DNA of 64,000 bases, from assembly GCA_963716725.1 (NCBI GenBank), contig CAVQUB010000012.1:224001-288000 (forward strand). Direction: 5' to 3'. The position numbers were made by a program, and so were the translations under genes. The stretch's first letter is position 1; each line of letters begins with the position of its first letter. This DNA is from an uncultured delta proteobacterium. Its GTDB lineage: Bacteria; Myxococcota_A; Polyangia; Polyangiales; Polyangiaceae. The notes beneath the pieces are model-generated. The model did no database searches, was not told the origin of the DNA, and was given only the letters and a program-made list of their open reading frames with translations. Shown piece after piece: positions 41,985 to 51,236 of the stretch.

Positions 41985-44456
41985 ATGCCAGCTTCTGCGG
42001 CGACAGCCTGGGTTCGAGCGCCCGCGTTCGTCGTCGCGCTGTTGGGGCTGGGAGCGACGACCTTCAGCGCCTGTCCCCGAGGCCAGCGCCCGCCCTTTGC
42101 GTCGGACGAGCGCGGTGGCGTGCGGCTCGAGGCGCTGACCGCATCGAACCTGCCGACTGGTCCCCGCGCTCAGGGCCGGCCCGGCGACTTCTTGCTGTCC
42201 ACTCCCTTGCTGCGCTTGGTCATCGGTCGTGCGGACGGCGCCGGACCCCGGAGCCTGTCCGGGGTCATCCTGGACGCGGCAGCGGATGCGTGGGTCGACG
42301 ATCCGCTGAGCGCTCTCGGGCTCGTTTTGCAGGCAGACGGCACGGAGGTCCCCACCCTCGTGCGCAGCGTCGAGCCGGAGCTTTCGGGAGCGGCGCCAGC
42401 CGTGCGGATCGTGCACGAGAGCGCCGACCGAACGCTGATGGTCGTGACCCAGATCTCGGTCACGCCTGGAGAGCGCTGGGCGTCGATCACCTCGCGAGTC
42501 GAGAACAAGTCTTCGACGTCTCGCCGAGTGCGGATGGGCGATCGTCTGGAGTGGCACGGCGGAGAGTCCTTCGTATCTGGCTCCGGTTTCAGCGCCGACC
42601 ACACGGAGGTCGCGGCTCCGTGGCTCGCGCACTCCGGACGTCGACTGTCCGCGGCGCTCGCGTTTCCTGGGACCGACGCCCGAGTGCGCTCCCGTGAGCG
42701 CGAGATGGGGGCCCGCGAGCAGACAGCGTTCGGTCCCGAGCTCCGGCTCGCCCCGGGACAGAGCGCCCGGCACGGTCGTCGGTTGGTGGTGGCGCCCGGC
42801 TCTCTGGACGTCGCCTCCGAGCACGTGTGGCGCGCCGCAGGCGTCGAGCCTGGGTTGGTCGAAGTCTCGCTCGCCTCGGAGGTGCCGTGGGCCGTGATCG
42901 AAGCGCGTGACGCAGCGGGGCGCCCGGTCGTCTCCGCCCGCGTCCGCGGCTCGAAGGCCGTCTTGTTCGTTCCGTCTGGGAGCTACCAGATCGTGCTGAA
43001 TAGCCCCGGCGGCACCGACCGGGCTCGAGTGAAGGTGAGCTCTCGCGGGACCGCACGCGTCGAGCTCATACCCCCACGGCCCGCGCGCATTTCGTACCAG
43101 ATCTCGGACGACCACGGCGCTCCCATGCCCGCACGTCTGATCGTCTCTGGTCTCCCACCGACCATCAACCCTGATCTGGGACCGCACCACTCGGCTGCTG
43201 GAGCGGCCAACGTCGCGTGCACCGCGACCGGGACGGGTTCGCTCGAGCTCCCGCCGGGTCGCTACTCAGTGCTCGCGACGCGCGGCCCCGAGTACGAGCT
43301 CGACGAGCACGTCGTCGAGGTTTCGGCGACCCAAGGCGCGACCATTCGACCGCGGCTCGCGCGGGTCGTGGACACGAAGGGCTGGCTCGCAGCGGACCTC
43401 CATCTGCATGCAGATCCGAGCGGCGACTCGGAGGTGTCGCTTGCTGACCGCGTGACTTCGCTGGTCGCGGAGGGCGTCGAGCTCGCCGTGGCGACGGATC
43501 ACAACCACGTCACCGACTATGCGCCGGCCGTTCGACAGCTCGGGATGGAACGGCGAGTGTCGACCCGACCCGGCGTCGAGGTCACGACCAGCAAATGGGG
43601 CCACTTCAACGTGTACCCCTATCCGACGACCGCGGCGTTGCCCGCGCTGGCGGGCGCCTCGCCGGCCGCGTTCCTATCGTGGTTGAGGGGCGCGGTCCCG
43701 GAGGCGCTGATCCAGGTCAATCACCCCCGCATGGGCGACATCGGCTACTTCAACCAAATCCGGCTCGACGCGCAGGGCGCGTCGGCAACGCCCGGCGCTT
43801 CCCTCGATTTCGATTTGATCGAAGTGTGGAATGGCTTTGATCTCGCGAAGCCATCGGTGCTGGACGAAGGTCTCGCGGAGTGGATGCGACTCATCTTGGC
43901 GGGTCGTCGCTACACCGCGGTGGGCAACTCGGACTCTCATCGAATCGCGTATCAGTGGGCCGGCTACCCACGGACCTATGTGCGCGTCGAGGACGAAAGC
44001 CCGGAGGGCCCCGACTGGAGCCAGGTGGTCGCGTCGCTCCGGGCGGGCAGAGTGGTGGTGACCAGCGGGCCATTCATCGATCTTCGCGTCGACGGCGAAT
44101 CACCGGGAGCGTTGGTCAAAACGGAGCAAGGCACGGTCGGTGTCGAGCTCGAAGTGCGAGCTCCAGCCTGGATCGGCGTCGAACGCGCGGAGCTGTTCCT
44201 CGACGGCAAGCTGGCCATGCAAGTGGACGCCAGCTCCCCCGAACGTGAGGTAACCTCGAGTCCACGCGCCCGGCTGCGTTTCGTCGGAGGGGTACCCGTT
44301 GCGGCAGATGGGTTCCTGGTCGTCGTGGTGCGCGGCACGACCTCGCTGGGGCGGGTGCTTCCTGGAACCAACGTGGTCCCCGTCGCCTTCACCAATCCGG
44401 TCTTCATCGATGCGGACGGAGACGGGCGCTACACGCCGCCAGGGGCGGCGAAGTGA
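41985..44456 (+). CDS. CehA/McbA-like PHP-fold metallohydrolase, lipoprotein
   Basis: Lipobox FSAC; DLHLHADPS, ATDHN, GHFN, NHPR, GNSDSH, AFTNPVFID. Confidence 0.85.
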   Translation: MPASAATAWVRAPAFVVALLGLGATTFSACPRGQRPPFASDERGGVRLEALTASNLPTGPRAQGRPGDFLLSTPLLRLVIGRADGAGPRSLSGVILDAAADAWVDDPLSALGLVLQADGTEVPTLVRSVEPELSGAAPAVRIVHESADRTLMVVTQISVTPGERWASITSRVENKSSTSRRVRMGDRLEWHGGESFVSGSGFSADHTEVAAPWLAHSGRRLSAALAFPGTDARVRSREREMGAREQTAFGPELRLAPGQSARHGRRLVVAPGSLDVASEHVWRAAGVEPGLVEVSLASEVPWAVIEARDAAGRPVVSARVRGSKAVLFVPSGSYQIVLNSPGGTDRARVKVSSRGTARVELIPPRPARISYQISDDHGAPMPARLIVSGLPPTINPDLGPHHSAAGAANVACTATGTGSLELPPGRYSVLATRGPEYELDEHVVEVSATQGATIRPRLARVVDTKGWLAADLHLHADPSGDSEVSLADRVTSLVAEGVELAVATDHNHVTDYAPAVRQLGMERRVSTRPGVEVTTSKWGHFNVYPYPTTAALPALAGASPAAFLSWLRGAVPEALIQVNHPRMGDIGYFNQIRLDAQGASATPGASLDFDLIEVWNGFDLAKPSVLDEGLAEWMRLILAGRRYTAVGNSDSHRIAYQWAGYPRTYVRVEDESPEGPDWSQVVASLRAGRVVVTSGPFIDLRVDGESPGALVKTEQGTVGVELEVRAPAWIGVERAELFLDGKLAMQVDASSPEREVTSSPRARLRFVGGVPVAADGFLVVVVRGTTSLGRVLPGTNVVPVAFTNPVFIDADGDGRYTPPGAAK

Positions 44457-44461
44457 GGTGT

Positions 44462-46975
44462 TCAAGCGCTCTCGAGCCTCGCCAGGAGTGAGTACGCCGC
44501 GCGCCAGCTCGGGCGACGCGCGCTGATCTGCTCGTGGAGCCAGAGCCTGAGCGAGTCACGTTCGTGAGCTGGCAGCTGTCCGGCGTCGTGAAGGCTCGTC
44601 AGGGCGTCCAGCGCGCCCTCGACGGCGGTTGCCGGCGCGCCTACGGCCAACGCTGCGACGCTCATCGCATCTCCGTCACGGGAGGCCCGCGATAGGCGCT
44701 CTTCGGCCTGCGCTGCGTGACGGCGCCAAACCCAACTTCGAAGCTCGGGCTGGTCGAGCCAGCGTCTGACGGCGCTCTCGGGCAGGGCGTCTGCCAGCGC
44801 TTCGAGCAACTCGGGATCACTTGGCGGAGTTTCGCAGAGCGCCTCCCAAGCGTCGCTGGCGAGGAGCGGAACGAGCTGACGTGCATGCGTCGGCGACTGA
44901 CTCAGAACACGAAGCGCCAGTTTTGCTGGGGCACTGGCGAAGAACGTGCGTCCGGCGTCGCCCACTGGATCGAGGACCGTGCCTGCCACCTCTGGGCAGT
45001 CGGCCCGCTCCCAGACCCGATAGAGCCATTCCGCGAGCGGCGCCGGGTCGACCTGGCCACGCGCGTGCCAGATGGCGCGTAGGATCTCGCCATCACGCGT
45101 GCTCAGCGCTACGTCGGGCCACTTCGCGTGGCCGGTGCCGACGAGATCGAGAACGCGGCAGGGTGCGTCACTGAGGGCGAGCCCGAGTGCGCTCGGGTCC
45201 GCCGAACGCAGCCGATCGAGCAGGGCGTAGGCGCCCCGGAACCAAGGCGTTTGGGGGTCGATACTGCTCAAGGTGTCGGCAATGGCAGCGTTCACGCGTT
45301 CGTGCGCGTCGTCGTGGAGCCACTGTTGTTCGATGGATTCCGCCATGGCCATGGCCGCGAGGAAGAACGCCCCGCGTTCGCAGGCCGGCTCGAGCCCAAC
45401 TGGGTGTTCGACTCGGGGGAGCGGGGGCATGCCCGGGAGCCTCAGGCTCAAATCGAAGGTCGCGTCCCACAGATCGGTCAGCGCATCGACGCTGAGATCC
45501 GCACCCGAGAGCAACGCCAAACCCGCGCAGCGAAATGCCGTCTCCACGGCGACGGCGTAGGCTGGGCTCTCGCTGGCCTCGAGTTCCACCGCATCGCTCA
45601 AGAGCTCCGCGTCGCCGCTGCAAATGCGAGCCAAGATCCGTCGAACGAGCCGGGGCGCCGAGTGGGGCCGGAGCAACGCCTCTCCCCACTCGAACGCCGA
45701 AGCATCGAGCAACTGCCGCTCGGCCTCCAGCTCGACGGCGCGGCTCAAGTAGCGCGGTGCAGGCACCAGCCGCTGGTGGTCAGCCGGCGAAAGCAGCCCG
45801 ACCTGGGAAAAGGTCCGCACGATGCGAAAGGCGCCGGGTGACAGACTGCGCGCGGCCCGTTCGACGTCACTCGGTCGAATGGACGAATTTACTCGCGCCA
45901 TTGAAACACGCAGCCACTCGACGTCGATGCTGGACTTGTGCTCGTCGGGGACCAACGCGGTCCATTCTTCGACGGTGCGAGGAGTCGCGAAGGGAAGACT
46001 GGAGTCCGTCAACGCTCGCCGAGCCATCGCGATCATTACGTCGACACCGTTGCGACGTTGCCACGCGACCGAGCCTGCTTCGTCGCCGAATGCTTCGTCG
46101 AAGCGTTGCTTCACGTCTTGCCGAGCCAGGTCGAGCACGCTCTTGCTGCGCCCCCGCGCGAAGCCGACGCGATCGAGGACACCAGCCAGACCGAGCACGC
46201 TGCCGAAGCAGTCGGCCTCTGCCCGGGCGAGCGGTCCGCTCCGCAGCCACTCGAGCAACGAGCGTTCGTCGAGCGCGGTGTCACTGGGGAATCGCGACAA
46301 GATCCAGCGCACGAGCTCGGGTAGGCGGGAATCGAGCTCCGGGGAAGGGAGGACGCTCCAGCCTTGGCGCGGCGCGGGAGGCAGGGCGCCGGCGACACAC
46401 AGGCGCCGGCGCGGGGCCGCAGCGGTGACGACTTCGTCGGAGCGAAGCTCGATGAAGACCGGAGCGCCGTCGTCGACCAAAGCGTCGATCTCCGAGGCAC
46501 GATCGACGGAGTGGAACCGCGCCAGCCCCCGCGCGGCCAGCCACTGGCCCACCAGCGTGCGACCCGATCCCGGGGGAGCCACCCAGAACGTGCGGTCCCA
46601 GCGCGCCGGGTCGAAGGCCACCGCCGGGATGGTCGGCGGCAGCTCGTCCCTCGCCAGGTCGAAGGAGCGGGCGTAGGGCAGGTCGTTCCAGCGGAGCACC
46701 CGAGAAGCCGACGCCGCTTCTCTCGCCGGCTGAACAACCAGCTCGGTCACGGAGCATTTGAGCAGCCTCGCCAAGGTTGCCTGGATGTCTGGCCGGTCTG
46801 AGAGCCAAGTGAGATCGTGCCCCCGGTCGAGCTTGCTGAGAAGCGTGCCCAGCGAACGCTCCTGGATCTTCATGTCTTCTGGCCAGCTCGGGTCCGAGAG
46901 TAGCGCCCGGGAGAGCTGACCAAAACTTCGGTACCGTTCTGGCGGCGCCAGCATCAAGTCGCGGATCCAGCCCAA
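44462..46975 (-). CDS. Large protein: XRE-like HTH, degenerate P-loop, helical C-terminus
   Basis: SLGTLLSKLDRG...LARLLKCSVTEL; WVAPPGSGRT; 837 aa; TTG start uncertain (ATG alternative at 46954). Confidence 0.7.
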   Translation of the reverse strand: MGWIRDLMLAPPERYRSFGQLSRALLSDPSWPEDMKIQERSLGTLLSKLDRGHDLTWLSDRPDIQATLARLLKCSVTELVVQPAREAASASRVLRWNDLPYARSFDLARDELPPTIPAVAFDPARWDRTFWVAPPGSGRTLVGQWLAARGLARFHSVDRASEIDALVDDGAPVFIELRSDEVVTAAAPRRRLCVAGALPPAPRQGWSVLPSPELDSRLPELVRWILSRFPSDTALDERSLLEWLRSGPLARAEADCFGSVLGLAGVLDRVGFARGRSKSVLDLARQDVKQRFDEAFGDEAGSVAWQRRNGVDVMIAMARRALTDSSLPFATPRTVEEWTALVPDEHKSSIDVEWLRVSMARVNSSIRPSDVERAARSLSPGAFRIVRTFSQVGLLSPADHQRLVPAPRYLSRAVELEAERQLLDASAFEWGEALLRPHSAPRLVRRILARICSGDAELLSDAVELEASESPAYAVAVETAFRCAGLALLSGADLSVDALTDLWDATFDLSLRLPGMPPLPRVEHPVGLEPACERGAFFLAAMAMAESIEQQWLHDDAHERVNAAIADTLSSIDPQTPWFRGAYALLDRLRSADPSALGLALSDAPCRVLDLVGTGHAKWPDVALSTRDGEILRAIWHARGQVDPAPLAEWLYRVWERADCPEVAGTVLDPVGDAGRTFFASAPAKLALRVLSQSPTHARQLVPLLASDAWEALCETPPSDPELLEALADALPESAVRRWLDQPELRSWVWRRHAAQAEERLSRASRDGDAMSVAALAVGAPATAVEGALDALTSLHDAGQLPAHERDSLRLWLHEQISARRPSWRAAYSLLARLESA

Positions 46976-47263
46976 GTTGTGATCGCCTTTGTTGAACTAC
47001 AGAATGCATCAGATACGCAGGATGGGCCAAGGATGCAAAATCCTGCGATTGACGCTTGCGAAATAGCCAAGCACTGGCAGCAAGAAACACCTGATTGCGA
47101 CCAATAACGGAGTGCAGGCTCGACGATGGGAGCGTCGTTAGTGTCCACTGGCGCTTAAGCATGGCTGTTGGAGCAGAGTTGTTCGATCTGCACACTAGTT
47201 AATTCACATCGAACACCAACTCGCTCCGGGCCGGGCGCGGCGTTACTTGGTGTTCGAATAGAA

Positions 47264-47692
47264 TTATCTAGGGGCCCGCCAGCCGCCCTCTTCGAGTTCG
47301 AGGGTGTATCGACCGCCAGCCATGAGCCGTAGCCCGGCGACGTGCTGCTCCCGGCCGTTCCGGTCGACGACCCGAACGTCGTATCGGCCCGCCGCGGGGA
47401 CGGGCACTCGCAACTGGCCGCCCACTTCCAACCCCGACCTGAGCAAATCGTGGCCCCAAAGCCCGCTCTGCTCGGGAGCCCCCGGCAGCAGCGCTTCTCG
47501 AGGGGCCGCCGCGACCCGGGAGCTCGCCACGAGGTAGAGGTTGTTCACCACGGACGCGGAGCGGTTTTCGACGCGAAAGTCAATCTCGCCCCGGCCGCTG
47601 GGTGTGCCGAGCGTGACAAGCCGCGAAGGCGCACCCCCGGCGCAACCGGCGCCGGTCAGGGCGAGGATCAACAGAAGCGAGCGACGGCGCAT
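47264..47692 (-). CDS. Small lipoprotein
   Basis: Lipobox GAGC; FRVENRS...NLYL...WGHDLL...YDVRVVD beta-sandwich-like. Confidence 0.7.
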   Translation of the reverse strand: MRRRSLLLILALTGAGCAGGAPSRLVTLGTPSGRGEIDFRVENRSASVVNNLYLVASSRVAAAPREALLPGAPEQSGLWGHDLLRSGLEVGGQLRVPVPAAGRYDVRVVDRNGREQHVAGLRLMAGGRYTLELEEGGWRAPR

Positions 47693-47802
47693 GTTCCGAG
47701 GCTAGCTCACGGCTGGCCGGTGCGCGCCGTGTTACACCTCGCCGGACGCGCGGCCGCCGCCGGGAAGCCCGGTGATGCGATGGCGTAGGAAGGTGCTCCC
47801 CA

Positions 47803-50262
47803 ATGCTTCAGGTTGACACTTGGCGCTCCCGGTCGGTTCGGCTGGCGCTCGTCTGGGCCGTCTCGGCGGCTTCGGCTTGTGGCGGGCCCGCGTCGCCCGC
47901 TGGTGCCGGCGCCCGAGGGCCAAGCGGAGGCGACAAGGCGGTAGCCACGTCGGACACCAAGGCCGACAAGGGCGGTCGCCACGTGATCCCGAAGGGGCAA
48001 CGCGTTCCCAGCGAGAAGCTCGTCGATCGACGGACCCGCGGCGCGTTGGCGGCGGATACCTTGGGTGTCGTCAGCAACAAACGCTCGAAGCCGCCGAAGT
48101 CGTCGGCCGAAGTCTACAAGGCCGCGGCACCGGCGACGGTGATCATTCGCGCCGGAGGCGGGCTCGGTAGCGGCGTGATCATCGACTCTGCGGGGTGGGT
48201 GCTGACCAATCATCACGTCATCGCCGGCGGCGACAAGGAAGAGTTCAAGACCAAGGTCACGGTTGTACTGGGCAAGCTCGGCGATGCGGGCGGCATGGTG
48301 CGCGTGAAGAAGGAGTACGACGCCTTGGTCTACAAGGCAGACAAGCTCCGCGACATGGCGCTGCTGAAGATCGTCGACCCGCCTGCGAAGCTTCCAACGG
48401 TCGCGATGGCCAAAGAGGCCCCCCAGCCGGGACAGCAGGTGATCGCGTTGGGTCACGCCGGTGCGGGCATGCTCTGGGCGCTCAAGGCCGGCGAGATCTC
48501 GGCGATGGGCAAGCTCAGCGAGCAACTCGCGACGCTCGCTCAGTTCAAGGACGACAAGGCCGGGCACGAGGCCGAAGACAAGTTCAAGAAGTACCTGGAC
48601 GATCGCAACCTCGGGCTGGTCATCCAGTCCACTTGCAACATCTTGCCGGGCGACAGCGGCGGTCCGCTGCTCACACTTGCGGGTGAGCTGATCGGACTCA
48701 ACGCCTTCAGCAACCAAGACCCGCGCACCGGCGGTTTGCTGAGCTTTCACGTGCACAAGAACGAGCTCGCCGACTTCGTCAAAGACCGCCCCTCCCGCCC
48801 GGCGAGGCTGGTGCCCGACCCTTGGAAGGACGGCGGCGGCGACGCGAGCTACGAGGACGTTGACCTCGACGGCCGCGTCGACGCGTTGGTCCTCGAAGGA
48901 CGACGAGCCTGCAGCTTCTGCCCGCGCCAGAGCGTCGCGGTGTTCTTCGACATCGATCAGGACACCTACCGGGGCACGACGACGTTGCCGCCGCTGACCG
49001 AGACTTACGAGAAGCGAAAGTTCGACGCTGAGCTCGTGTACCTGCAGGTCGAGAGCGACACCTTCGTCTGGTACGACACTGACAACGACGGCACCTTCGA
49101 CTTCTTGGTCCACGACCCCAAGTCCACGGGGCGAGCGGCGGGTGCCTTCCGAATCAAGAAGGATGGGGACTACGAGAAGGACGCTGGCTTCGGCAATGGT
49201 CGCGACGTGAGCGTGTCGCTGCTCAAGGACTCCGCGCTCCAGACTCGGATGCAGCGCATGGCCACCGCGGCATTCCCAAAGCACTACGTCGAGGCGGCGT
49301 CTGCCGCCAACGACACGCTTCCCGAACCCGTGGGACGGACCGGCAAGGCCGTGCTCAGCGATCTGGACGGTGACGGGGTGACCGAGTCGGTGCGCGTGGA
49401 CTCGGCCTTCAGCTACCGGCTGCTCGTCGACGTGGACCGAAGCAGCGTCGGCTCGTTGCCGAAGTCCTTCAATCTCTCCACCCACGGCGCTCAGATCGAT
49501 GCCGAACTCGCCGTCGTGTCCCAGGGGAGCCACATGTGGTTCTGGTACGACACCGACGATGACGGGCGATTCGATCTCGTGCTGCACTCGCCCGAGCCGC
49601 GACTCTACGTCGCCAAAGACGCTTGGCGCGTCGATGCCAGCGGCAACAAGACGGCCGCGCCCGAGCATGTCGGGCGCAAGCTCGTCCGTGCGGATTTGCT
49701 CTCGTCGACGTCACAGTCCGCGCAGCTCAAGACCCTCGCGACCAAGGGATTCCTGTCGATCTTGAGCGCGCCATCGGACAGCGGCATCGGCTCGTTCCCG
49801 GAGCCCGTCGCCGACCACCGCGGTTCCAGCTACGAGGTCATGGACATCAAGGGCGCGCAGAAGTCGGTCGTGCTCGTCTCTGCCCAAGGCAGCGACGGCT
49901 ACTTGGTCGACGTTGACAGCAACAGCCTGCGGGACAAGCCCGCGAAGCCCAAGGACCTCTCCAAGCTCGTCGAGACGGGCAAGCTCGATTTCGAGTTTGC
50001 GTACTTCCAGCGCAATGGCCTGGCGTGGGCGTACTACGACATCGACGCCAAGAAGGGCTACGACATGGTGCTCTACTCGTCGCAGCCGCGCGGTGGCAAA
50101 GCCGACCTCGGATACCGCATCGACGCCAGCGGGAAGGTCACTCTGGACCAGTCGCTGAAGGGCACGCCGCTAGCGAGTCACAGCTTGTTCACCAAGGCAG
50201 GCGACAAGAAGCGATTCGAGAAGATCGCGAAGGAACTCTTCGGCAAGGGCGCCGTCGAGTAG
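47803..50262 (+). CDS. Trypsin-like (S1) serine protease lipoprotein with three C-terminal repeats
   Basis: Lipobox ASAC; GSGVII, LTNHHVI, DMALLKI, PGDSGGPL triad; no PDZ domain seen. Confidence 0.88.
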   Translation: MLQVDTWRSRSVRLALVWAVSAASACGGPASPAGAGARGPSGGDKAVATSDTKADKGGRHVIPKGQRVPSEKLVDRRTRGALAADTLGVVSNKRSKPPKSSAEVYKAAAPATVIIRAGGGLGSGVIIDSAGWVLTNHHVIAGGDKEEFKTKVTVVLGKLGDAGGMVRVKKEYDALVYKADKLRDMALLKIVDPPAKLPTVAMAKEAPQPGQQVIALGHAGAGMLWALKAGEISAMGKLSEQLATLAQFKDDKAGHEAEDKFKKYLDDRNLGLVIQSTCNILPGDSGGPLLTLAGELIGLNAFSNQDPRTGGLLSFHVHKNELADFVKDRPSRPARLVPDPWKDGGGDASYEDVDLDGRVDALVLEGRRACSFCPRQSVAVFFDIDQDTYRGTTTLPPLTETYEKRKFDAELVYLQVESDTFVWYDTDNDGTFDFLVHDPKSTGRAAGAFRIKKDGDYEKDAGFGNGRDVSVSLLKDSALQTRMQRMATAAFPKHYVEAASAANDTLPEPVGRTGKAVLSDLDGDGVTESVRVDSAFSYRLLVDVDRSSVGSLPKSFNLSTHGAQIDAELAVVSQGSHMWFWYDTDDDGRFDLVLHSPEPRLYVAKDAWRVDASGNKTAAPEHVGRKLVRADLLSSTSQSAQLKTLATKGFLSILSAPSDSGIGSFPEPVADHRGSSYEVMDIKGAQKSVVLVSAQGSDGYLVDVDSNSLRDKPAKPKDLSKLVETGKLDFEFAYFQRNGLAWAYYDIDAKKGYDMVLYSSQPRGGKADLGYRIDASGKVTLDQSLKGTPLASHSLFTKAGDKKRFEKIAKELFGKGAVE

Positions 50263-50310
50263 TCGTCCGCCGGAGCGCCGTCACCGGCGCAGGGGGGTGG
50301 CAGGACCTCT

Positions 50311-50511
50311 TCAGAGGTTGCTGGCTTGCAAGATGGTCTGGATGGCGAGCAGCGCTCCGATGGGAAACAGAATCCAGAGGTAGCGCACCTGCTGGTCCTT
50401 CAGTTCGGTCAGCGCCGATCGCATCTGCGTCAGTTCGCTCAACATGCGTGCGCTCTCCGACGCAGGCTCGTTTCCGCCCGACTTGCCGGTGTCGTCGTCC
50501 TTGTCTGCCAC
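50311..50511 (-). CDS. Small membrane protein
   Basis: GAAGGAG RBS; 66 aa with short coil and a C-terminal TM. Confidence 0.6.
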   Translation of the reverse strand: MADKDDDTGKSGGNEPASESARMLSELTQMRSALTELKDQQVRYLWILFPIGALLAIQTILQASNL

Positions 50512-50657
50512 GTTCCGTCTCCTTCGTTCACTCCCGGGCGCCGCCCCAGAGTCGAGCGATTGTGGCTGGTTTGAGGGATCACCGGAAGCACGGATTTGTC
50601 CCGCTCGGGCCCGTTCGGCTTTTCGGATTGGCTGGCTCGTGCTGAGATCCCGGCGCC

Positions 50658-51236
50658 ATGAGCGAGCTCGGCCGCCGGCGGCTGATTCAGGTCGGAATCG
50701 CGGGGGCAGCGCTGCTCACGGTCGGCGGCGGGGCCCTGAGTTGGATCACGCGCGGCTACGCGCTCCGCGCCGGCGAGGTGGCCATTGGGCTCAGCGTGAA
50801 GCAGATGTGCGTGGCGCGAGCCGTGGTCGAGGCCCTCACGCCGGGCGGAGACGGATTGCCCTCGGGGCTCGAGCTGGAGGTCCATCAGCGCGTCGACGAG
50901 CAAGTCTGGGCGGCTGACCCAGGCATGGCCGACGATCTGCGGGCTGCGCTCGAGCTGATCGAGCACGTGCCCCCGCTCTTGGGCGGCTTTGGGCGATTCA
51001 CGGCCCTCGACCTTGCGTCGCGCCAAGCTGTCTTCGATCGCCTGTTGCGATCGCGGCGAGACCTCTTCGTGCAAATCGCGATGGCGTTCAAGCAGCTGGT
51101 GCAACTTTGCTACTACGCCGACGAGCGGGTGTGGCCCGCCATCGGCTACGACGGTCCTTGGATCCCTGAGCCGAAGCCTGCGGCGAGCGCGCTCCTCTAC
51201 GCGAAGCTCTTGGCCGAGCGCGGAGCACGCCCGTGA
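50658..51236 (+). CDS. Gluconate 2-dehydrogenase subunit 3-like protein, Tat-type leader
   Basis: GRRRLI leader; GRFTALD, YYADERVWPAIGYDGP. Confidence 0.8.
   Translation: MSELGRRRLIQVGIAGAALLTVGGGALSWITRGYALRAGEVAIGLSVKQMCVARAVVEALTPGGDGLPSGLELEVHQRVDEQVWAADPGMADDLRAALELIEHVPPLLGGFGRFTALDLASRQAVFDRLLRSRRDLFVQIAMAFKQLVQLCYYADERVWPAIGYDGPWIPEPKPAASALLYAKLLAERGARP

Noticed and set aside
40908..43190. 760-aa dehydrogenase fusion
   Set aside because: The N-terminal 420 aa are antisense to the metallohydrolase; the MDR fold starts at 41930.
46976..47263. Retron msr-msd or CRISPR remnant
   Set aside because: No reverse transcriptase or cas gene in the window, and no repeat-spacer periodicity.
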